A stretch of DNA of 20,616 bases, from contig CAXBPH010000111.1 of the NCBI GenBank assembly GCA_963977445.1, positions 1 to 20,616 on the forward strand, read 5' to 3'. A program made the position numbers and the translations under genes. The stretch is from an uncultured bacterium (lineage in GTDB: Bacteria > Hydrogenedentota > Hydrogenedentia > Hydrogenedentales > JAEUWI01). Of this stretch, positions 1-8,408 are shown piece by piece. Numbering within the stretch: the stretch's first letter is position 1; every line of letters starts with the position of its first letter. Below the pieces are notes generated by a model. The model ran no database searches, was not told the origin of the DNA, and saw only the letters and a list, made by a program, of their open reading frames with translations.

Positions 1-75
1 GTCATCCAGAATGATTTGTTCGGGTGCTGCAGAAACAGCGCCCATGGCATAGAGCAACATACCCATTGACAGCAT
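1..75 (-). CDS. 5' end of a probable secreted protein (partial, continues beyond the window start)
   Basis: Not in the ORF track. Minus strand reads ATG at 75 then MLSMGMLLYAMGAVSAAPEQIILDD, open to the window edge. Strong RBS TAAGGAGA (complement of 82-89). Hydrophobic stretch ending VSA/AP resembles a Sec signal peptide. Confidence 0.7.
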   Translation of the reverse strand, partial: MLSMGMLLYAMGAVSAAPEQIILDD

Positions 76-295
76 ACGATTCTCTCCTTAATGTCATTTC
101 CCTGCTACCCGTCAACCGGATGGTGCAGACAGGCACCTGGTCAATATACATGAGGGTCACGATGGAGTCGAAATCGAGCCCAAAATAATCGAAAATCGGA
201 TTTGGAACGGAATTGAAGCGTAGAGGCCTATTTCGTTACCATGATCTGATCAACTACGTATTTCTCCGTAATATCCAGCAAAGAGGATTTGTAAC

Positions 296-1624
296 ATGAA
301 AGATCTATCGCGAAGAGATTTTGTAAAAGGTGCGGCCGCCGCGACGGTACTGATTGGTACTTCGAAGACGTCTTGGGCCGGTGCCAATGACCGGATACGC
401 GTCGCGGTCCTGGGTATCAATGGTCGGGGCAAAACTCACTTGAACGAATTCGCCAGCGTGGAAGGGACCGAAGTTACGACTATTTGCGATCCCGACGCCA
501 GTCTTTTCGCTCCCCGGACCAAGGAATTCTTCACGGAAAAGGGCAAAGCGGCACCGAAGACGGAGCAGGACATGCGGCGGGTGCTCGACGACAAAGATAT
601 TGACGTTATCTCCATCGCCACGCCGAACCACTGGCACTCTCTTGCCACCATCTGGGCCTGCCAGGCCGGTAAAGACGTCTACGTCGAAAAGCCCATGACC
701 CACAATTGCTTCGAAGGTCGCCAGGTCGTAAAGGCCGCTGAGAAGTACAAGAAAATTGTCCAGCATGGTACCCAGCTTCGCAGTAACCCCGGATTCCAGG
801 AAGGTATCCAGGAACTTAAGAATGGCATCATCGGCGACGTCTACATGGCCCGCGCCGTCTGTTACAAGTGGCGTCCAAGCATTGGCAAGGCCCACCCCGG
901 CAAGCCCCCGGAAGCGTTGGATTGGGATATCTGGCAAGGTCCAGCCCAGGAACGCCCCTTCATGCTGAATGAAGAAGATAAAGGAATGTATGTCCACTAC
1001 TACTGGCACTGGGTGTGGGATTATGGCAATGGCGACATCGGCAATCAGGGGGTACACCAGCTCGACGCAGCCCGTTGGGGCCTTGGCGTAACGACCCCCT
1101 ACCGTTGTTCCTCCATGGGCGGAAAACTGCTTTGGGACGACGCGCAGGAAGTTTTTGATTGCTCGTCTTCGTCCTACATGTTCAAGGGCGACGATGGCAA
1201 AGATAAAATGATGACGCTGGAAGTGCGCCCGTGGTGTTCGAATGACGAAGGTGGTGGTACCTCCTTCGGCGTGCTCTTCTACGGCTCCGAAGGTTGGATG
1301 ACCTTCCCGAATTATGAAGGTTACCGTGCCTACCGTGGCGCTAAGGGTGGCGAGTTGGTGAAAGAGCGTTTTGATGGCGCCACCGTCAACCATTTCCAGA
1401 ACTTCACGGACTGCGTGCGCAGCCGCAAGGCCGAAGACATCAACGCGAAGGCGATTGACGGACACCATTCCTCCGCCCTCTCCCACTACGCGCTTACAGC
1501 GGCCCGCGTGAATCGTGTGCTTGAGATCGACACCAAGACCGAATTGGTCAAGGGTGACGACGAAGCGAATGCGATGCTGACACGTAACTATCGCGAAGGT
1601 TTCGTGGTACCTGAAACGGTCTAG
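296..1624 (+). CDS. Gfo/Idh/MocA family NAD(P)-dependent oxidoreductase with twin-arginine (Tat) signal peptide
   Basis: SRRDFVK Tat motif followed by a hydrophobic stretch. Rossmann motif IRVAVLGINGRG, ATPNHWH, GKDVYVEKP, and C-terminal GDIGNQGVHQLD. RBS AGAGGA upstream. Confidence 0.93.
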   Translation: MKDLSRRDFVKGAAAATVLIGTSKTSWAGANDRIRVAVLGINGRGKTHLNEFASVEGTEVTTICDPDASLFAPRTKEFFTEKGKAAPKTEQDMRRVLDDKDIDVISIATPNHWHSLATIWACQAGKDVYVEKPMTHNCFEGRQVVKAAEKYKKIVQHGTQLRSNPGFQEGIQELKNGIIGDVYMARAVCYKWRPSIGKAHPGKPPEALDWDIWQGPAQERPFMLNEEDKGMYVHYYWHWVWDYGNGDIGNQGVHQLDAARWGLGVTTPYRCSSMGGKLLWDDAQEVFDCSSSSYMFKGDDGKDKMMTLEVRPWCSNDEGGGTSFGVLFYGSEGWMTFPNYEGYRAYRGAKGGELVKERFDGATVNHFQNFTDCVRSRKAEDINAKAIDGHHSSALSHYALTAARVNRVLEIDTKTELVKGDDEANAMLTRNYREGFVVPETV

Positions 1625-1665
1625 CGTCGTCCCAGGGCATCCTTTGGAACATAGTTAGAACACAT

Positions 1666-1708
1666 AGCAGTTGTCTGTGGCGTAACGCACACAGGCAACT
1701 GCTTTTTT
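1666..1708 (+). terminator. Rho-independent terminator of the oxidoreductase gene
   Basis: 14-bp stem AGCAGTTGTCTGTG (1666-1679) / CACAGGCAACTGCT (1690-1703, one G-U pair), followed by a T run, 42 nt after the stop codon. Confidence 0.85.
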
Positions 1709-1867
1709 GTGTCAGGGCATTCCAGCCAATGGGGCGATCAATAGAAAAACCCATCTATATCACGATGGAATTTTCCCGCCATTCTGCTACCATGACGGCG
1801 ACCGTTTTTTTTCGGCTTCCTAGGTACCATTCATTCAGGTTCCAAAGCACCGCAGGAAAACTATGTA

Positions 1868-2101
1868 ATGCTCAAACGCTCCGTATCGGCGCTCACTCTA
1901 TTTGTAGTCACGCTGATCTCAACTGCCCGCCGAGCCGCCGAACGCCCCAACATTGTGGTGATCATGGCCGATGCCTGGATTACCTTCGATCGGGACGTCG
2001 ACCGGGCCGAAGGAAACGCGTTGAAACCGGTCCGCGACACCCTCACCCCTTTGTCGTTCCAGAAAGACACCTGGTCGGGCGCTGTAAATTCGGAAGAGTA
2101 G
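1868..2101 (+). pseudogene. Sulfatase gene remnant (signal peptide plus first strand only; probable internal deletion)
   Basis: MLKRSVSALTLFVVTLIST signal-like segment, then ERPNIVVIMAD, the typical sulfatase N-terminal motif (PN-hydrophobic-DD). The ORF is only 77 aa and has no C/SxPxR formylglycine motif. Candidate extended -10 TGCTACCAT at 1785-1793. Confidence 0.6.
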
Positions 2102-2134
2102 CGGGTGTACGCAAATAGGTGGCGTGATGTTGGG

Positions 2135-3079
2135 TTACAGGTTTCGTTGTTCCCGATACCACGCGATGGTCCGTCGCAGGCCTTCGTCGAAGGAAACGCT
2201 CACGTTGTAGCCGAGGTCTTGCTGGGCGCGCCCGATGTCAGCCTTCGAAATGCGGATGTCCCCCACCCTGCTCTTCACGTGTTCAGCACCAATCTCCGTG
2301 CCGAGCTCGGCATTGAGCGCCGCCACCAGGTCGAGCAATGTGTAGGACGTGCCGCAGGCAATATTATAGGCCTGTCCCCGGGCCACGAAGTCACCTGTCG
2401 CGGCACGTATATTGGCCTGTACATTGTTTTCTACGAAGGTGAAGTCACGGGCCTGCAGGCCATCGCCATGAATCGTCGGAGACTTGCCGTCGAGCATGGC
2501 GTTTACAAACAGGGGAATGACGGCGCTGTAGGCCGAATTTGGATCCTGTTGCGGGCCGAAAACATTAAAATAGCGGAGCGCAACGGTTTCCAGTCCGAAA
2601 CAGTTGCTGAAAGCGCGAAGATAGTGTTCGCCACTGGCCTTGGCGGCGGCGTAGGGTGATTGGGGGTTCATGGGCAGGCCTTCGTGCTTGTATTCCACCG
2701 CCTGATCGCCATAGACACTGCTGGAACTCGCATAGACCAGGCGCTTCACCCCCGCCTTTTGCGCAGCGTTCAATACATTGAGCGTGCCCGTTGCGTTAAT
2801 GGTGTGGCTCAACAGTGGATCGGCCACGGAGCGTGCCACGGAAGGCAGGGCACCCTGATGGAGGATGTAATCCATGTCTTGCGCCGCCCGCGCGCAATCT
2901 TCGGGGGATGCCAAATCACCTTCGACAATATCGATGCGGGATGCCACGGCGGCGAGATTTTCTCGAAAGCCGGTGGAAAAATCGTCGAGGACGCGAACGT
3001 CATCACCCCGTGCCACCAATGCCGCGACCAGATTGGAGCCGATAAATCCCGCACCACCCGTAACTAGAAAACTCGCCAT
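2135..3079 (-). CDS. NAD-dependent nucleotide-sugar epimerase/dehydratase (extended SDR, UDP-Glc/GlcNAc 4-epimerase-like)
   Basis: LVTGGAGFIGSNL, ASSSSVYG, catalytic YAAAK (YxxxK), LRYFNVFGP, GDGLQARDFTFV. Confidence 0.92.
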   Translation of the reverse strand: MASFLVTGGAGFIGSNLVAALVARGDDVRVLDDFSTGFRENLAAVASRIDIVEGDLASPEDCARAAQDMDYILHQGALPSVARSVADPLLSHTINATGTLNVLNAAQKAGVKRLVYASSSSVYGDQAVEYKHEGLPMNPQSPYAAAKASGEHYLRAFSNCFGLETVALRYFNVFGPQQDPNSAYSAVIPLFVNAMLDGKSPTIHGDGLQARDFTFVENNVQANIRAATGDFVARGQAYNIACGTSYTLLDLVAALNAELGTEIGAEHVKSRVGDIRISKADIGRAQQDLGYNVSVSFDEGLRRTIAWYREQRNL

Positions 3080-3208
3080 TGCGTATGTACCACTCCGGTG
3101 GGTCTGGTGCCGGACACCGAATTTTAGAAGGCGGCAACCAGCGATTAAGCATCGTTTAAATTGGTGTCAGCCTAGCATAGCGCCAGCGGCGATGTACACG
3201 AACTCGGC

Positions 3209-4603
3209 TCAAGAAGACAACGCAGCCCGATTGGAATCCGAAGTGCGAAAACGGGTCCAGGCAATCCAGCTGCAAATCAGGGCGGACAGCGTGAAGGTGC
3301 CATGGACAAACACAATCGAGGGCTTTTCTGAAAGCAGATGGGCAATTCGTCCCTGCCCCTCCGACGGGAACAGCATTTCATAGTGAATAAAGGAGCGGGC
3401 ACAGGAAGACAGGTAGCAGGCCCATATGGCCAGCAGAAACAGATTCGCAACGGGATTGGCCCCTTGGTAGGCCCGTTGGACAAGATAGCCCACCAGTGCA
3501 CAGGAAATAAGTATGAGCAATAGTTGGACCATACCGGGGGCAGTAAAACCGAAGTTCTTTACATCCTTGAGATCCCGGGTGTAGTCGAGGACGGTATGAA
3601 AGAACGCCATGGTAATGGCACCGTGCCAGGCTCCCTGGAGGGAATGAAGTCCTATTACCATGGTTACGGTTCCAAAGAGGATATAGCCAAAGGCCACCTG
3701 GAGGGCAAACCGACTGAAGGTATTGCCTGAATCGAATTGACTGAGCACCGTATAGCCCCCGAATAACGCAATCACGTAAGCGACGTAGCCCAGGCAGGGA
3801 CCCCAGGAGGCTTTGGGGGAATCTCCCGTCTGTCCAGCCAGATGCAATTCGCTTCGATTCAGGTAGGCGCAGTGTCCGAGTGCCGCTCCGAAGGAAAAGC
3901 CAAAAAAGAACTCCATGACTTTCCACCAGCCAATAATTTTGGGTGGTATGGGCAGTTTGGGGCCGACAACCATCCACACAGCACCCCCGGCAAAGCCGAT
4001 GCCGCCACCGAGAGCACCCCACAGCCCAAAGCGCAATGGAATGAGCAGCGCCTGCTTACTTCCCTGTGTCCGTAGAAAAACGAGTAGTGCAACCGCGGCA
4101 AAAAGGATGCCTGCCCACGATTCGTCCCGAGGCTTGTTGATGGGATCAGAAAAATAGAGCAAGCGCGGGCCATTAATCAGCAAGACACCGACGTAAAAGG
4201 CGACAACACTGACGAGGAAGGCGAGTGCGAGAGTTTTTCGTCGGTAGTGATTTCGCGAAAGCCCGATTCCGAGGACCACGCCCCCCAGCAATCCCCAGGC
4301 GCTTCCTTTGACCAGACAGCCGAGCAAACCCCAATACACGGTATCGTCTGCGCGGAGAAACCCAAGGGTCTGGCCATAGGTCATGGTGCCGCCGTAGCCC
4401 ACACCTACGGCACCGAAGAGGGCGGCTATCGCGGCCGTTTTCATGGGGTAGCCAAGGAGTAAGGCCAGCGAAAGGGCAACGAAACAGCCGGGCATCATGG
4501 CGCCATAGGGCCCCCCACCGATATAGCCCCGCAGGCCCCAGCCGAGGAGCATGGCAATAGCCGGGAACAGTATAAAAAGCCAACGTGGTGGATGGGTTAC
4601 CAT
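3209..4603 (-). CDS. Uncharacterised Gly-rich polytopic membrane protein (roughly 12 TM helices, 464 aa)
   Basis: Many hydrophobic, Gly-rich segments. Start reassigned from 4783 (overlaps the kinase gene) to ATG 4603 (MVTHPPRW), which has AAGGA upstream. Confidence 0.8.
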   Translation of the reverse strand: MVTHPPRWLFILFPAIAMLLGWGLRGYIGGGPYGAMMPGCFVALSLALLLGYPMKTAAIAALFGAVGVGYGGTMTYGQTLGFLRADDTVYWGLLGCLVKGSAWGLLGGVVLGIGLSRNHYRRKTLALAFLVSVVAFYVGVLLINGPRLLYFSDPINKPRDESWAGILFAAVALLVFLRTQGSKQALLIPLRFGLWGALGGGIGFAGGAVWMVVGPKLPIPPKIIGWWKVMEFFFGFSFGAALGHCAYLNRSELHLAGQTGDSPKASWGPCLGYVAYVIALFGGYTVLSQFDSGNTFSRFALQVAFGYILFGTVTMVIGLHSLQGAWHGAITMAFFHTVLDYTRDLKDVKNFGFTAPGMVQLLLILISCALVGYLVQRAYQGANPVANLFLLAIWACYLSSCARSFIHYEMLFPSEGQGRIAHLLSEKPSIVFVHGTFTLSALICSWIAWTRFRTSDSNRAALSS

Positions 4604-4700
4604 GGGCAGAACGATTCCTTTCTCGGAAGTGGTGTGGGCCGAGTATAGCAAGTGAAGCGACTTCAGGACCACAGCCTTCGAAGAGGGTACGTCGCCGTCC

Positions 4701-5633
4701 TTACAGGTGAGTAACCCGTACCTGGGCAATGATGGAATCCACCGTTTCCCGGGTGAAGTGGCCGATTTCCCAGGACATGGCATTGGCTGTGCCCGCCCCT
4801 ACGCCCAACACGATGGTTTCTTCCAGCGTCAGGCCCCGTTTGAGGCCAACTGCGATGCCGGCCACGAGCGAGTCGCCCGAACCGACGGCGTTTACCTCTT
4901 CAATTTCGGGAGGAACTACATGGATTCGGTCCGTGCCATCGGAAGCGATAACGCCATTCGCTCCGAGGGAAAGTACCACCAGTTTGACGCCCTGATTGTG
5001 AAAGTGGTCGATGGCCCGAAGCCGGGAGGCGGTATCGTTTAAAGGATAGCCGACGAGTTCAGCGGCTTCCGCATCATTGGGCTTCACCATGTAGGGTTCC
5101 GCCATGAGTCCCAATTCCAGCTCGGGTCCATGGGTATCGAGAATGGTGGGTACACCGGCCTCCCGGGCTTTGGTGATAATCCGGGCGTAGCAGTCCTGCA
5201 TCAAGGGATCAGGTACGGTTCCATTCAAGGTCAAAATGGTCGTGCTGGATAGCTGAGAAATTACCGTGGCGATGAAAATTTCCCGCTCGGCGGGGTCAAC
5301 CTTGGGGCCCGGTTCAAAAAGAGGCGTTTGTCGATGCCGCCCTTCCTCCAATACCGTCGTGATGGTTCGGGTGTGTTGCTCAATCCAGACGGGATGGCAG
5401 GTAACACGATCTTCTTTTGTGATCATATCGATCACATGTTTTCCCGCAGGTCCCCCAACGAGCACGAGGGCCGCACTGCGCTCCCCAAGCGCTTTGACGG
5501 CGCGGGCGACATTATTACCCTTACCGCCGGGCACCGTGGACGCACGGGTGCAGACGTTTTTCTGGCCGACCTTCATCTCATCGAGAAAGACCGTCTTGTC
5601 TACGCAGGGGTTGGGCGTTACGGAAAGTATCAT
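4701..5633 (-). CDS. PfkB/ribokinase-superfamily hexose-phosphate kinase (1-phosphofructokinase / tagatose-6-P kinase-like)
   Basis: SVTPNPCVD, PGGKGNNVA, VKPN, LSLGANG, and the anion-hole motif NAVGSGDSLVAG. Confidence 0.9.
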   Translation of the reverse strand: MILSVTPNPCVDKTVFLDEMKVGQKNVCTRASTVPGGKGNNVARAVKALGERSAALVLVGGPAGKHVIDMITKEDRVTCHPVWIEQHTRTITTVLEEGRHRQTPLFEPGPKVDPAEREIFIATVISQLSSTTILTLNGTVPDPLMQDCYARIITKAREAGVPTILDTHGPELELGLMAEPYMVKPNDAEAAELVGYPLNDTASRLRAIDHFHNQGVKLVVLSLGANGVIASDGTDRIHVVPPEIEEVNAVGSGDSLVAGIAVGLKRGLTLEETIVLGVGAGTANAMSWEIGHFTRETVDSIIAQVRVTHL

Positions 5634-5645
5634 GCTGACTCCCGG

Positions 5646-6620
5646 CTATTGATTGACTTCGAAGCGGGACAAGGCACAGCCCGCCGCACCCAGGACGCCC
5701 GAGTCGGGGCCCAGGCCAGCGAAGACTATTTCACAGCGTTTGGCGGGTACGGCGAAGGAGTTTTCCTTGGCCACTTTACGAATCGGGTTCAGGAGCATGT
5801 CGCCGGCCGCGATCATGCCACCGCACAAGATGACTTTTTCCGGATTCTGGTAGTTGATGATGCTGGAGATTCCCAGGCCAATCCACGTGGCCGTTTCTTC
5901 AATCACCCACAGGGCAAAGGCGTCCCCCTGTTGGGCCGCGTCACCTATCATCTTGCCCGTAATGCCACCATAGGCGTCGTCATACTGGGCCTGCAGGATG
6001 GATTCCCGTCCTTCTGACAGGCCTTCGATGGCGGTGCGGACCATGCCGGTGACAGACCCGTAGGTTTCGAGACAACCCCGGCTGCCACAGCCGCATTCCC
6101 GACCGTTCCGCTGCACCTTCAGGTGTCCGAGCTCGGCGGCAGTACCATCCTCGCCACGAAGGAGCATGCCGAACACGACTACTCCCCCACCCACGCCGGT
6201 TCCCAGGGTCAACAGCGCCATATTCTGTGTTCCCTGTCCCGCGCCGAGCCAGAATTCACCGTAGCAGGCGACGTTGGCGTCGTTTTCCACATAACAGGGT
6301 ACGCCCAAGCGCTTTTGCATGGTTGCACCCAGCGGAACATCTTTCCAGCCCGGAAGATTGGGTGGACTGAATACGACCCCGGTGCGCCAGTCCATAGGGC
6401 CGGGTGCACCGATACCTACGGCAAGTACATCGTCGGTAGTGATGTCGGATTGGTTGAGCAGGTGACGAACGCTGGATTCGATGGCATCCATAACTGCGTC
6501 GGGGCCACCAGCCGCGTTCGAGGGACGTGAATCCTTCGCCAGCACTTGCTTGTCCCAGGAGACCATAGCGGTTTTTACGTTGGTACCGCCAAGATCGACT
6601 CCGATGATTACCTTGTCCAT
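5646..6620 (-). CDS. ROK family sugar kinase (glucokinase-like)
   Basis: GVDLGGTN, ENDANVA, LTLGTGVGGG, AELGH, Zn motif CGCGSRGCLE. No N-terminal HTH, so a kinase rather than a repressor. RBS GAGGAG upstream. Confidence 0.92.
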   Translation of the reverse strand: MDKVIIGVDLGGTNVKTAMVSWDKQVLAKDSRPSNAAGGPDAVMDAIESSVRHLLNQSDITTDDVLAVGIGAPGPMDWRTGVVFSPPNLPGWKDVPLGATMQKRLGVPCYVENDANVACYGEFWLGAGQGTQNMALLTLGTGVGGGVVVFGMLLRGEDGTAAELGHLKVQRNGRECGCGSRGCLETYGSVTGMVRTAIEGLSEGRESILQAQYDDAYGGITGKMIGDAAQQGDAFALWVIEETATWIGLGISSIINYQNPEKVILCGGMIAAGDMLLNPIRKVAKENSFAVPAKRCEIVFAGLGPDSGVLGAAGCALSRFEVNQ

Positions 6621-6656
6621 AGGTTTCCTGCTCCTCAGGCGGATGTACGTATCCGA

Positions 6657-8120
6657 TTATAGGCTATTGATGTAGGCCAGACCCTGCTGCATTCGGGCGA
6701 TACTGACTTCTTTTCCCAACAGCTCGGCTATCTCGAAGAGGCCGGGCCCAATTGATTTTCCGGTGAGGGCCAGGCGGGTCGGATGGACCATTTTGCCGAG
6801 GCCCGTCCCCGTGGCTTCACCGAGCGCGTGGTAGGCTTCTTTCAAGGTGTCCCGGTTCCAGAGATCGACACCTTCCATGCAAGCGATCAACTGGGACATC
6901 AGCTCGGCTGCCCCTTCTACCTGCCATTGCTTCTTCACCGGCTTTTCTTCATAGGTGGTGATGTCAGTAAAAAAGTAGTCACTCAACTCAATAATCTGGT
7001 TCAAGGTCGCCAGTTTTTCCTGGCACACTTCGGTCAATGTGGCAAACCAGGCATCATCCTTCTGGGAGACATCGAAACCAGCCTGCTCCAGAATTGCCAC
7101 CAGACGACCTTGGAGGACGGTTGGGTTCAGCGCACGGATATGCTGGCCGTTGAGCCAATCCAGTTTCTTGCGGTCAAAACGAGCGGCCGACTTACTCCAT
7201 CGCTCCGGTGCAAAGGCCTGCTGCAACTCTTCAATGGTGAAAAGTTCCCGATTCTCCTCGGCCGGGGTCCATCCCAGCAACGCCACATAGTTAATGAGGG
7301 CTTCAGGCAGGTAGCCATCGTCACGCCAATCGAGGACGTTGGCACCGTGGAGACGCTTGCTGAATTTCTTGCCCTGCTCGTCGAGCACCATGGGCAGGTG
7401 GGCGAACTGGGGTCGGTCATATCCCAACGCATCAAAAAGAAGCACGTGGCGCGCCGCGTTGGTCAAATGGTCGTCGCCGCGAATAACGTGGGTGATCTGC
7501 ATCAACGCGTCATCCACCACCACGGCCAGATGGAAAATCGGGTCGCCATTGGGTTTCAGAATGACGAAGTCGTCCAGTTCCCGATTGTCCGTACGCACCG
7601 TTCCCTGAACCAGGTCCACGACTTCGGTATGGCCTTCCGGCACGCGAAACCGTACGGTGTGGTGCTCGTCTTTGCGGTTTTCCGCCTCCCCACTATCCAA
7701 ATCGCGACAGGGACACTTCATTTTGCGGCGTTTTTCCTGCTGGGCGGACTCGCGCTCGGCGTCGAGTTCTTCCTTGGTGCAGAAGCACCGATAGGCGTGG
7801 CCCGTTTTCAGGAGTTTATAACCCGCATCCTGATGCACGGATTTGCGATCCGATTGTCGATAGGGGCCCAACTCGCCCACAGCGGCTTTATCGCCAAAGG
7901 CAGGACCTTCGTCCCAATCCACGCCGAGCCAGGTGAAGCCTTCACACATGGCCTGGACGAAGGCCTCATCGGTACGTTCCGCGTCGGTATCTTCGAGGCG
8001 TAACACAAAGGTCCCCCCCGTCTTACGGGCGAAAAGCCAATTGAACAGGGCCATTTTGGCGGTGCCGATATGGAGAAAGCCCGAGGGCGACGGGGCAATG
8101 CGACAACGAACGGTACTCAT
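6657..8120 (-). CDS. gltX: Glutamate--tRNA ligase
   Basis: RIAPSPSGFLHIGT (HIGH), LRLEDTDAER, AYRCFC, ITHVIRGDDH, KFSKR (KMSKS). Full length (487 aa), including the anticodon-binding domain (RLALTG..GPGLF), which distinguishes it from GluQ. Confidence 0.96.
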   Translation of the reverse strand: MSTVRCRIAPSPSGFLHIGTAKMALFNWLFARKTGGTFVLRLEDTDAERTDEAFVQAMCEGFTWLGVDWDEGPAFGDKAAVGELGPYRQSDRKSVHQDAGYKLLKTGHAYRCFCTKEELDAERESAQQEKRRKMKCPCRDLDSGEAENRKDEHHTVRFRVPEGHTEVVDLVQGTVRTDNRELDDFVILKPNGDPIFHLAVVVDDALMQITHVIRGDDHLTNAARHVLLFDALGYDRPQFAHLPMVLDEQGKKFSKRLHGANVLDWRDDGYLPEALINYVALLGWTPAEENRELFTIEELQQAFAPERWSKSAARFDRKKLDWLNGQHIRALNPTVLQGRLVAILEQAGFDVSQKDDAWFATLTEVCQEKLATLNQIIELSDYFFTDITTYEEKPVKKQWQVEGAAELMSQLIACMEGVDLWNRDTLKEAYHALGEATGTGLGKMVHPTRLALTGKSIGPGLFEIAELLGKEVSIARMQQGLAYINSL

Positions 8121-8169
8121 GAAAACTCCGAATCGAGGGGGTTAGGTGATTGGTTGGAAAATCCGCGCC

Positions 8170-8178
8170 ATAATACCA
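8170..8178 (-). promoter_or_regulatory. Candidate extended -10 element for gltX
   Basis: Minus strand TGGTATTAT (TGnTAnnAT), about 50 nt upstream of the gltX ATG. Confidence 0.4.
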
Positions 8179-8343
8179 CGGTATGCGCAGGGGAGTCACC
8201 TTCATCACGTCTGCTCGAGACGTGCCGGGCGCCTTATTCGTGAGGGTCCTGTTGTCCATATCACCCCATCTCCGCTTCAGCGAAGGGTGCGTTGTATGGC
8301 GTCGAGGCGGGCCGAAAGAAAGCGTGACCCACGGGCCACGTTA

Positions 8344-8352
8344 TGCTAGACT
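8344..8352 (+). promoter_or_regulatory. Candidate extended -10 element for the 8409 lipoprotein gene
   Basis: TGCTAGACT (TGnTAnnnT), about 57 nt upstream of ATG 8409. RBS GGAGG precedes the ATG. Confidence 0.35.
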
Positions 8353-8408
8353 TTTTATGGAAAGGTCATAAACAGGTTAACTATTGAGGGTAACTGGAGG
8401 GTAGAGCA

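Noticed and set aside
305..1486. 393-aa minus-strand ORF
   Set aside because: Antisense shadow of the well-supported oxidoreductase, with no recognisable motifs; expected from GC-rich codon bias.
4604..4783. 60-aa N-terminal extension of the membrane protein in the ORF track
   Set aside because: Overlaps the PfkB kinase 3' end and is not membrane-protein-like; ATG 4603 has an RBS.
6783..8003. 406-aa plus-strand ORF
   Set aside because: Antisense shadow of gltX with no protein-family features.
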